NCBI GenBank assembly: GCA_963757685.1 | Contig: CAVWSW010000006.1 | Location: 359,083 to 423,082, forward strand | Source of the DNA: an uncultured Actinomycetota bacterium | GTDB lineage: Bacteria > Actinomycetota > Actinomycetes > Actinomycetales > Demequinaceae | Direction of reading: 5' to 3' | DNA length: 64,000 nt | In this document: positions 55,532-64,000 of the stretch, in pieces | Layout: each line of letters starts with the position of its first letter | How positions within the stretch are numbered: the stretch's first letter is position 1 | Notes under the pieces: model-generated | The model's input: only the letters and a program-made list of their open reading frames with translations | Database searches by the model: none | What the model was told of the DNA's origin: nothing | Translations under genes and position numbers: made by a program

Positions 55532-55605
55532 TGGGCCCAGGAGGACTTGAACCTCCGACCTCTTCGTTATCAGCGAAGCGCTCTAACCGCCTGAGCTATG
55601 GGCCC
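55532..55605 (-). tRNA. tRNA-Ile(GAT)
   Basis: GGGCCCATAGCTCAGGCGGTTAGAGCG-CTTCG-CTGATAA-CGAAG...GGTTCAAGTCC-TCCTGGGCCCA. Confidence 0.97.
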
Positions 55606-55690
55606 TATTGCGGCCTCAGCCGCGGCGACCAACTGTACCCGAAACGAGGGGGAGCACCCAAACCGGCGTCCTCTGCTGCGTCGGGCGAAA

Positions 55691-56569
55691 TTAGTCGTCG
55701 GTAAGTGTCACGTACACGCCGCCGACTACGGACGAGACGGTGTTGTACAGGAACGCCCCGATCGTCGTCAGTGCGGTCAAGAGGATGACGTTCATGACGG
55801 AGACAAGAATGGCCGCGGACATGACCTTGTTGAGTTCAAAGATCTTGATGATGTCGACTGGCTGCTCGCCGGCAAACAGCTTGTTCACCCACTGATCTAC
55901 CAGCGAGAACAGGCCAAACTGGTTGAGCGCGTTCCAGAGTACGAACACGGCGACGACGAGCATGATCCCGATCGCGACGGAGAGCAAGAAGCCCATCTTC
56001 AGCACCGACCACGGGTCAATCCGGCTCACGAGCACGCGCGCCTTGCGAGGGCCGCCGCGCTTGTTGGACGCAGTGAGGTCGTCGCCTTCGGTGAGCGACT
56101 TCTTGGCGCGGATCGCGAACCCCTTGAACGCGTCGGTGCCCGCAGTGAACGCGCCAGCGACGCCCGAACCCGAGTGGGCGGGAGCCTCTGCCGTCGCTAC
56201 ACCTGCAGCTGTGGGAGCGGCCACGGCCGCCGTGGCGCCCGTCGCAGGCGTCCATTGATAATTGGATTCCACGGGAGCGGGCTGCGTGGGCCGGGCCAGT
56301 GGAGCGGTCGACGCTGTACGAACCGGGGCCGCTGTGGCGGAGGTGGGCGCGGTGCTACGCGGAACGGAGAAGGGTCCAGCGGGGCCAGCGCCACTCTGCG
56401 TGCCAGCCGGGGTGCCAGCTGGGGTGCCAGACGGGGTGCCAGCCGCGATTGGCCGGAATGCCGAACGGCGCGGCGTGGATCCGGTTTCGGTTGGCGCCTC
56501 CGCGGAAGCGGCAGGCGTAACGGGCGCGAAGGCGCTACCGGGTGGTGTGGCGCGTTCGTCGGCGTTCAT
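55691..56569 (-). CDS. DUF3566 membrane protein
   Basis: PRKAR..SRIDPWSVLKMGFL, FLYN..SS.VGG..VTLTDD; AGGAG RBS. Confidence 0.9.
   Translation of the reverse strand: MNADERATPPGSAFAPVTPAASAEAPTETGSTPRRSAFRPIAAGTPSGTPAGTPAGTQSGAGPAGPFSVPRSTAPTSATAAPVRTASTAPLARPTQPAPVESNYQWTPATGATAAVAAPTAAGVATAEAPAHSGSGVAGAFTAGTDAFKGFAIRAKKSLTEGDDLTASNKRGGPRKARVLVSRIDPWSVLKMGFLLSVAIGIMLVVAVFVLWNALNQFGLFSLVDQWVNKLFAGEQPVDIIKIFELNKVMSAAILVSVMNVILLTALTTIGAFLYNTVSSVVGGVYVTLTDD
56400..56444. repeat. 12-bp coding tandem repeat (GTP[S/A] x3-4)
   Basis: GTGCCAG recurring every 12 bp, four times. Confidence 0.7.
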
Positions 56570-56816
56570 AAACACTCCTAGTGCCGCTTCGGACGCGGCG
56601 TGCTGGTTCTCAGGGTACTTGAGTGGCGGTCAGCGGTCTGTCGGGACGAATCCACCGAAGGCAGGTTGCACTACCGTACCTGAACGAGTGGGGCGCTGGC
56701 CAGGTTGCATCGCGTTCGGCGCTCGTTTCCTTGAGTCGCGGGCGCAGGCCGACGGATGGGTGACCTTTGGCCCTCGTCGCGCCACGGCGTCGGGGTTACG
56801 GTGAGGAAAAGTTCCG

Positions 56817-56832
56817 ATACCCCCGGAGGTAT
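56817..56832. promoter_or_regulatory. CsoR/CstR-family-like operator overlapping RBS
   Basis: ATACC-cccgga-GGTAT, just downstream of TACGGT -10 box (56797). Confidence 0.65.
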
Positions 56833-56835
56833 GCC

Positions 56836-59320
56836 ATGAAGCTCGTCGTTGTTGGCGGCGTTGCCGCAGGTGCGTCCACCGCCGCGCGAGCAAGGCGGCT
56901 CGACGAGTCCGCGGAAATTGTGGTGCTCGAACGCGGTCACCACGTCTCGTTCGCGAACTGCGGCTTGCCGTACCACGTCGGCGAGGTCATCACCGATCGC
57001 TCTCGGCTCATCCTGCAGACCCCAGAGAGCCTGCGCGAGTCCCTCAACATCGACGTGCGGCTCGGCGCCGAGGTGGTGTCGATCGATCCCGCAAGCAAAG
57101 ACGGTTACCGTGCGCGAGGTCGATACGGCACGCGAGTACACGGAAACCTACGACGCGCTCGCGCTGTGTGTTGGCGCGGAGGCTATGAGGCCACCGCTTC
57201 CCGGCATCGATCACCCTGCCGTGCACGTGCTCCGGCGGATCGGCGACATGGACGCGATCAAGTCGCGGCTCGACGCGGCGGTCGCCGAGCAAAAGGCGGG
57301 CAGGCGCGGTGTCGTCCAGGCCGTCGTGGTCGGCGCCGGATACATCGGACTGGAAATGGCGGAGAACCTGCACCACCGAGGGGTGCAGGTCGAAGTGGTT
57401 GAACTGTCCGACCAAATTCTGCCGCCAGTGGACGCCGAGATCGCGAGCCCCGTCGAGCAGCACTTGCGCGCTCGCGGCGTCGGCGTGCACCTGTCGACGG
57501 CAGCCGCCGCGTTCCAGCCCCTTGAGGGAGAGCGTGTGCGCGTGGAGCTCAACAACAACACGCGTCTCGACGCAGACCTTGTGATCCTCGCGGCCGGGGT
57601 GCGGCCATCTGTTGGCCTTGCGCGAGACGCCGGGTTGGTCTTGGGTCCACGCGGGGGCATCAAGGTCGATACGCACATGCGCACGTCTGACCCGTCCATC
57701 TGGGCCGCGGGCGACGCTGTGGAGACACCACACCCGGTGTTGCCGGGCGAGTACCTCAATCCGCTTGCCGGGCCGGCGAACCGCCAGGCGCGCGTGGCTG
57801 CAGAGAACATCTGCGGGCGCGACACGGAGTACAAGTCCACTCAGGGCACCTCGATCGTCAAGGTGTTCGACATGACTGCAGGCGGAACCGGCGCCACAGC
57901 TCGGCAACTTACCGCTGCGGGAGTGGACTTCCGGGTAGTTCACGTGCACCCATCCGGTCATGCGGGGTACTACCCGGGCACCGCGATGATGCACATCAAG
58001 CTGCTGTTCTCTCCTACAGACGGCCGGGTGCTCGGCGCGCAAGCGTGCGGGTTCGATGGCGTCGACAAGCGGCTAGACCTGTTCGCTATGGCGGTGCGCG
58101 CCGGGCTCACGGTCTACGACCTCGAGGAACAAGAGCTTGCCTACGCGCCGCCGTTCGGCTCCGCGAAGGATCCCATCAACATGGCCGGCTTCGTCGCGTC
58201 AAACGTGCTGCGCGGCGACCTCAAACTTTGGTACGCCGAGGACTATCCAGGCGCCGTCGAGGGTTCACGGCTTGTCGATGTCCGCACGCGCGACGAGTGG
58301 GACCTCTGGCACCTAGCTGGCGCCGAATGCGTGCCGCTTGGCGAGTTGCGCGAGGCGATTTCTGACTGGGACCGCTCGGTGCCAGTGCGTCTGTATTGCG
58401 CCGTTGGCTTCCGCTCCTATCTCGCCTATCGCATCCTGGTGCAGAGCGGCTTCACGGACGTGCGCACGCTCAGCGGCGGGTCCATCACCTTCAAGGCCGT
58501 CCACGAAGTCGAAGAGGAGGGCTACCAGGCCCTACCCCCCATGGAGAACTATGCGGAGAAGGTGTCGGTTGCGTCGGCCGTTGCCGTGGCGACGGGACAA
58601 GTGACTGACCTCGATTGCACGGGGCTGGCATGCCCAGGGCCGCTGATGCGCCTCGCCGCAACCATGAAGGAGAAGAACGCTGGCGACGAGCTTCGCGTCA
58701 CCGTTTCCGATCCCGGCTTTGCGCTCGACGCCCCGGTGTGGGCTTCGAAGAACGGGCACACGCTCGTGTCGCTAGAGCCAAAGGGTCCGGGCTACGTTGC
58801 TGTGATCCGCAAGGGCGGCGTCGCCCCCGTTGTCTCCTCGCATTCCGGCGGCAACAAGCTGTCCATGGTGGTGTTCAGCGGGGACCTCGACAAGCAGATA
58901 GCCGCATTCATCATCGCGAATGGCGCGCTCGCGATGGGCCAAGAAGTGTCGATGTTCTTCACGTTCTGGGCGCTCAACACGCTGCGGAAGTCCGACCCTC
59001 CAAAGCGCCAGAAGAAGGCAATGGAGAAGATGTTCGGCGTGATGATGCCGCGCGGTGCGGACAAGCTCAAGCTGTCGCAAATGCACATGATGGGCGCAGG
59101 CACAGCGATGATCAAGGGCGTCATGAAACAGCACGCGGTGCCGTCGCTGCCCGAACTGATTGCTTCCTCGCAAGCCGGCGGGGCACGGTTGCTTGGTTGC
59201 ACCATGACGATGGATCTGCTGGGCATTGCGCCGTCCGACCTCTTGGACGGCGTGGAGCTCGCGGGCGTCGCCACGTTCCTTGGCGAGGCTCAGGAGAGCG
59301 GCACCACGCTGTTCATCTAG
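56836..59320 (+). CDS. CoA-disulfide/persulfide reductase-rhodanese-TusA-DsrE fusion (frameshift near 57092)
   Basis: GGVAAG, SFANCGLPY, LAYAPPF, rhodanese YCAVGFRS, TusA DCTGLACPGP, DsrE FFTFWAL and GCTMTMD. Confidence 0.9.
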
Positions 59321-59966
59321 ACCCGGAGGCCACGCGGACTACGGGGTCCGTAGCCTCGCCAAGAGCGATGTCGACGAGCGCCGTCGCGAGGTCAGCTCGT
59401 GAGATTGAACCTCCACCAGGCACATCACGCTTCACATTGGATCGATATCCGCGGGCCGTGCCATTCGTGAGCCGCGGTGGCCGCACGCAGATCGCCTCGA
59501 CATCTGCGGTGCTCATCGCGGCTTCCAGAGTCCGCGTATCCGCATACGGCTTCGAGAAGAACCGTCCTAGCACGCCTTTGACGGCACGCATGGGAGCCGC
59601 GTCCGTGTCACTGAACGCGCCCGTGGCACTTATCGCGACCACGCGGCCCGCTCCATGGTCACTCACTGCGTAGGCGGCAGCCATCGCAACATCGGTTTGA
59701 GGGGTCTCGCTCCCATCTGCAGAGAAGGCGACACACGAAATGAACGTCGCATCCCGCGGTGTGGCCGCTGCCAACGCGCGACCATCGGAAGGGTCCAGCA
59801 CCAGCACCTCGACTCCGGTGGCGACGAATGCCGAACTCTGGTCCGCGCGCCGCACCACCGCTAACGTGCGCGTGCCTCGGGCCGCCGCATTCGCGACGAC
59901 GAGTGCGCCCGTGCGGCCCGAGGCGCCGAGCACAACAACTGGCCTTGTACCCACGACTCTCCTCAT
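59313..59966 (-). CDS. NAD(P)H-binding protein (atypical SDR/flavin reductase-like)
   Basis: LGASGRTG, VRPPRLT, ISRADLA. Confidence 0.85.
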   Translation of the reverse strand: MRRVVGTRPVVVLGASGRTGALVVANAAARGTRTLAVVRRADQSSAFVATGVEVLVLDPSDGRALAAATPRDATFISCVAFSADGSETPQTDVAMAAAYAVSDHGAGRVVAISATGAFSDTDAAPMRAVKGVLGRFFSKPYADTRTLEAAMSTADVEAICVRPPRLTNGTARGYRSNVKRDVPGGGSISRADLATALVDIALGEATDPVVRVASGSR

Positions 59967-60004
59967 ACCTGGAGCGCCAGTCTACGAAGGCAGTACGACG
60001 AGCG

Positions 60005-60775
60005 CTAGAACCAACGCCCGCGCGCGAGGAGGACCTCTTTGAGCAGGTCCGCGCGATCGCTGATGAGCCCGTCAACCCCAACGTCAAGCAGCGCCTCCAT
60101 CTGCGCAGGGTCGTTGACCGTCCACACGTGGACCTGCCTTCCCGCCGCGTGCGCCGCGCTCACTTGTCGCGCGTGGAGAGTTCGCAGTGGCCCGACGCTG
60201 GACGGCACCTGCAGCACGTCCGTCTCCTTGAGCGAATTGCCGGGGGCAACGCCAAGCGTCGCTCGCGTCCAGAAGCCGGCCGCCTCGCTTGTACCCGCCG
60301 AGGTAGCGACGGGGCGAGTCAACAGTTTCACGGTTGCCGAGCGTCGGGCGGCGGAAAATGACGCGACGCATACCCGATCATGAGCTTTGGTGCGCTCGAT
60401 AGCCGCGGCGATCGGCGCGATGCCGGAACTCGCCTTGACGTCAACGTTGACCCTGAGTTCTGGCCACGTGCCAAGGATGTCCTCGAACAGAGGGACGGGC
60501 TCCACGCCACCGATCTTCGCGTGTTTGACCTGATCCCACGTCATGGCGGCCACGTCCCCGTGCCCGTCCGTCGTGCGGTCGAGGCTGGCGTCGTGGAGGG
60601 CAACCGCTACGCCATCCGAGGTGCCATGGGCGTCGGTCTCTACGTAGTGATAGCCCATGTCCACCGCCGCGGCGAACGCGGCCATGGAGTTCTCGAGGCC
60701 TTCGCGGCTGAACCCGCGGTGGGCAAGCGCGGTGATGGCGCCGCCCGTATCGAAGTAGGGGTGGCGCACGCTCAC
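60005..60775 (-). CDS. Glycerophosphodiester phosphodiesterase
   Basis: AHRG, ENSM.AF, ETD, HD..LDRTT, HVWTVN, GVDGLISD. Confidence 0.92.
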   Translation of the reverse strand: MSVRHPYFDTGGAITALAHRGFSREGLENSMAAFAAAVDMGYHYVETDAHGTSDGVAVALHDASLDRTTDGHGDVAAMTWDQVKHAKIGGVEPVPLFEDILGTWPELRVNVDVKASSGIAPIAAAIERTKAHDRVCVASFSAARRSATVKLLTRPVATSAGTSEAAGFWTRATLGVAPGNSLKETDVLQVPSSVGPLRTLHARQVSAAHAAGRQVHVWTVNDPAQMEALLDVGVDGLISDRADLLKEVLLARGRWF

Positions 60776-61686
60776 GGGAGGACTCGTCCCAGCCACTGCG
60801 CGACGCCGGCGTAGTACGCCGCGCGCGGGCCGGGTGCGGAAAGCGTGAGGTCGTGCATCCCGTCGTCGATCACGAGCTCCTCCGCGAGCGGGCCTAGCTT
60901 GGGTGTGAGACGCGCGGTCTCCGCGGTGTCCACCACGACGTCCTGGCTGTTGAACCGCGGGTTGTCGTCTCGCTCTGGTCCCGTCGAGGCCGAGCGAGCA
61001 ACCAGCACCGGAACGGCGATCCCCAATCCGCCATCGATGCGCTTCCATCCGCCGGTGACGGCGCCCACCCACTGCGCCGTCGTCGGGATTCCTTGCGGAC
61101 GCTTCCACTCCTGATTGAACTCGAGCGTGCCGCCGCCGTTCACGTGCAGCCGCTCGTTGTAGAGACTCGGAATGCGGCTCACGATCATGGTGGGTCGCAG
61201 CTTCATCACGGGCGTCACAACCCGCGCAAGGAGGGCCTGACCGCGGTTCAGTGGCAAGCCGAACAGCGGCGAGTTGAGGATCAGGCCCACTACCTGCGGG
61301 TGCGGTCGGTCGGCCGCCCAGATCGCGGCCGACAACCCTCCCGTTGAGTGGGCGTGAACGACGAGGGGAAGGCCGGGGTGAAGGTCGGCGATCGCCTCGC
61401 ACGCGGCGGCAATGTCGTCGCCGGGTTCGGTGAGGCTCGCCATGTCGTGAGGGTGATCGCTCGCGCGCTGCGAGCGGCCGGCCCCGCGCATGTCGACCGC
61501 GTAGAACGCGAGGCCTTGGGCTTCGAACCAGTGCGCGAGTTCCTCCTGGTAGAAGTAGTCGTTGTAGCCGTGGACGTGTAGCACGGCCGCTCGCGGATGG
61601 GCCGGCGGCGTATCGCTGCGAACCAAGGTGGCGCGGTCAAGAGGGGCCGCGCTGAAGCCGGCCAGAACGTCGGGCAAAAAGTCCAC
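60772..61686 (-). CDS. Alpha/beta hydrolase (lysophospholipase-like)
   Basis: HGYNDYF, DMRGAGRS, AHSTGG nucleophile elbow, D and HD catalytic positions. Confidence 0.88.
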   Translation of the reverse strand: MDFLPDVLAGFSAAPLDRATLVRSDTPPAHPRAAVLHVHGYNDYFYQEELAHWFEAQGLAFYAVDMRGAGRSQRASDHPHDMASLTEPGDDIAAACEAIADLHPGLPLVVHAHSTGGLSAAIWAADRPHPQVVGLILNSPLFGLPLNRGQALLARVVTPVMKLRPTMIVSRIPSLYNERLHVNGGGTLEFNQEWKRPQGIPTTAQWVGAVTGGWKRIDGGLGIAVPVLVARSASTGPERDDNPRFNSQDVVVDTAETARLTPKLGPLAEELVIDDGMHDLTLSAPGPRAAYYAGVAQWLGRVLP

Positions 61687-61722
61687 GTGCCGAATCTAGC
61701 CGTCATAGGGAACACTGTGGCC

Positions 61723-63099
61723 ATGAGCGAAGCGTCAATGACGATGGTGGCCGCGGACGAACGTCGCGTTCCCCGCAAGCAAGTGCTCTCGTGGGCGATG
61801 TGGGATTGGGCAACGCAGCCGTTCAATACGGTCATCTTGACCTTCGTGTTCACGGCGCTGTACCTGACGTCAGACGACTTCATCGACACCGAGACCATCG
61901 GCACAGCAACCAAGGCGCACAGGGAGGCGATTGCCCACCTCACGTTCGGCTTCGCTACGGCCATGACCATCGCGGGGATCCTGGTGGCGGTGGTGGCGCC
62001 GGTGCTCGGGCAAATGGCGGACCGTACAGGAAAGCGCAAAGCGTGGCTCGGGTGGAGCACGTTGCTGCTCGTCGCCGCGATGCTCTCGCTGTTCTTTGTG
62101 CAGGCGGCACCCTCGTACTTCACGCTCGGCGTGGCGATCCTGGCCATCGGTTCCGTGATTGGCGAGGTCGCGGGGGTCAACTACAACGCGATGCTCGTGC
62201 AGGTCTCGACGCCTCGCACGATGGGCCGCGTGTCTGGCCTTGGATGGGGGCTCGGGTACATCGGCGGCATCGTGGCGCTCGCGCTCGTTGTGGTGGCCGA
62301 CGCCTTTGATTGGTTTGGGCTCGACACCTCCAATGGCATGGCGTACCGGCTCATCGCGGTGGGGTGTGCGCTGTGGACCCTTGCCTTTGCGTGGCCGCTG
62401 TTCCGTTGGGTGCCGGAGGCGCCGTCAGCGGAACGGGAGTCAGACGGGCGAGGTGTCCTCGATGCGTACGCGGTGCTGTGGCGCAATGTCACCCAGCTGT
62501 GGCGTGAGGCCCGGCCGACCCTGTGGTTCTTGGCCGCCTCCGCTGTGTACAGAGACGGACTCGCAGGCGTGTTCGCCTTTGGCGCGGTCATCGCGGCGCG
62601 CGCCTACGACTTCTCGAACTCCGAGGTGATGGTCTTTGGCATCGCCGCGAACCTCATCGCTGGCGTCTCGACGATCATTGCCGGCCGCCTCGACGACCGC
62701 ATTGGCCCACGACGCGTCATCATCACCGCCCTGAGCGTCATAGTGATGGCCGGGCTCGCCGTGGCGTTCCTGCATGGGCTTGGCAACATCACGTTCTGGG
62801 TTGGCGGCTTGGTGCTGAGCGGGATGGTCGGTCCCGCGCAAGCATCCTCGCGCGCGCTCCTTGCGCGCCTTTCGCCCCAGGGGCGCGAATCCGAGATCTT
62901 TGGGCTCTACGCGACCACGGGCCGCGCCGCCTCGTTCCTCTCGCCAGCCGCGTGGGCGATCATGATTGGGATCACCGGGGCCACCTTGTGGGGGACGCTC
63001 GGGATCATCGGCGTCGTGGCGGCCGGGCTGGTGTTGATGCTGTTTGTGCGCACGCCGGCCGACGAAGGCAAGGTCGCGAGGCCGCTGCTCGCGGACTAG
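61723..63099 (+). CDS. MFS transporter (UMF1/ATG22-like)
   Basis: SWAMWDWATQPFNT, YNAML, GRVSGLGWGLGY.GG, E.FGLYATTGRA. Confidence 0.88.
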   Translation: MSEASMTMVAADERRVPRKQVLSWAMWDWATQPFNTVILTFVFTALYLTSDDFIDTETIGTATKAHREAIAHLTFGFATAMTIAGILVAVVAPVLGQMADRTGKRKAWLGWSTLLLVAAMLSLFFVQAAPSYFTLGVAILAIGSVIGEVAGVNYNAMLVQVSTPRTMGRVSGLGWGLGYIGGIVALALVVVADAFDWFGLDTSNGMAYRLIAVGCALWTLAFAWPLFRWVPEAPSAERESDGRGVLDAYAVLWRNVTQLWREARPTLWFLAASAVYRDGLAGVFAFGAVIAARAYDFSNSEVMVFGIAANLIAGVSTIIAGRLDDRIGPRRVIITALSVIVMAGLAVAFLHGLGNITFWVGGLVLSGMVGPAQASSRALLARLSPQGRESEIFGLYATTGRAASFLSPAAWAIMIGITGATLWGTLGIIGVVAAGLVLMLFVRTPADEGKVARPLLAD

Positions 63100-63145
63100 G
63101 TTGCCTGCGCCCGGGTTGGGCTCGGCGCTCAGAGCCCGAACGGGG

Positions 63146-63278
63146 CTCCTGCGAGGACACCAGGTCCGGATCTGGAGATTCCCAGTCTCCTGCGAGGACA
63201 CCAGGTTCAGCGCACCAACGCGATGTCCTCACAGGAGACACAAAACTCCTGATACCGGACCTCAGGTCCTCACAGGAG
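63146..63278. repeat. Second fold-back element: two direct units plus two inverted units, 41-bp period
   Basis: CTCCTGCGAGGACACCAGGT at 63146 and 63187; GTCCTCACAGGAG ending 63237 and 63278. Confidence 0.85.
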
Positions 63279-63289
63279 ACATGCCGCGC

Positions 63290-64000
63290 CTAGACGTCAG
63301 CGACGGGTGCGTCAGCGACAGGTGCCTCGTTCGCGACCGGAGCTTCGGCGACGGGCGCTTCCGCATCCGCCTCGCGATATCGGCTCGTCGCCATCGAGGT
63401 GACGCTCCACGTTCCGTGCGATCCCAATGATGTTGTCGCCAGCCGCAGGCTTCGCCAAGATCACGCCCATCGTGTCGCGGCCCTTGGCAGGCACCTCGCT
63501 CACGAACGCGCGCATGACCTTGCCGCGACTCCATGATGACAAGCACCTCGTCGGCCTCGTCAACAAGCAGCGCGCCAACCAGGTCGCCGCGCTCGTCTTG
63601 CAGCTTGGCGACCTTGATGCCGAGCCCGCCGCGTCCTTGGACGCGGTACTTGCTGACGTCCGTGCGCTTGGCGTAGCCGCCCTCGGTCACCACAAGCGAG
63701 AACGGGCCCGCCTGCGTGGTTTCGACGACGGTGGTTTCGACATCGCTGCCCTCACCTGCCTCGTCGCCTCGTCATCGTCGATAGCAGGCGTCCCCGCCGC
63801 GATCACGTCGGCGGCGAGCAGCTCGTCGTCGTCGCGGAACCGCATGCCCTTGACGCCAGACGTCGCGCGCCCCATCGGCCGCGTGTCCGACGCCGAGAAG
63901 CGGATCGACTGGCCCTTGCGGGAGACCAACATGAGGTCGTCATCGTCGGAGACCAGGCGCGCGGCCACGAGCTCGTCGGGAAGCAGACCGCCGTCCTCGC
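63290..64000 (-). CDS. gyrA: DNA gyrase subunit A, C-terminal part (5' end beyond window); frameshifts
   Basis: [42 protein letters not shown] pinwheel repeats; acidic EAPVA tail. Confidence 0.92.

Noticed and set aside
41045-55605. tRNA-anchored integrative element or prophage
   Set aside because: No integrase and no duplicated tRNA 3' end noticed
63146-63278. CRISPR array (also 30607-30785)
   Set aside because: Only two units per orientation, arms inverted, linkers pair with each other, and no cas genes in the window

Overview
High-GC actinobacterial (Micrococcales-like; inferred from gene order and sequence style) chromosomal segment next to the replication origin. Right half: the conserved origin-proximal block, read from the right end as gyrA (partial), DUF3566, tRNA-Ile, DLW-39 peptide, tRNA-Ala, ppiA, rhomboid, crgA, class E sortase, trpG/pabA, pknB-pknA-pbpA-rodA-pstP-fhaB-fhaA and tRNA-Leu. 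A five-gene insert lies between gyrA and DUF3566 and includes a CoA-disulfide reductase-rhodanese-TusA-DsrE fusion with a CsoR/CstR-type operator. Left half: an orphan type IV pilin, metE/metF, gcvP and gcvT-gcvH separated by a 14.5-kb eight-gene surface-signalling operon (Ser/Thr kinase, 2000-aa Ig/Fn3 protein, MoxR, DUF58, a transglutaminase-like protein that appears catalytically dead, FHA protein, PP2C, membrane protein; like the bifidobacterial PFNA operon), a small glycosylation cluster with rmlA/rmlB, glgP and a PiT transporter. Non-coding highlights: two intergenic fold-back elements with different sequences but the same 41-bp-period architecture, twin hairpins with identical loops upstream of the kinase operon, DnaA-box-like TT(A/G/C)TCCCCA motifs around crgA, and many leaderless promoters. 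Many genes at 28-30 kb, 41-57 kb and 63-64 kb carry single-base frameshifts, including essential ones; these are most likely sequencing or assembly errors. No integrase, transposase, rRNA or CRISPR array was seen.
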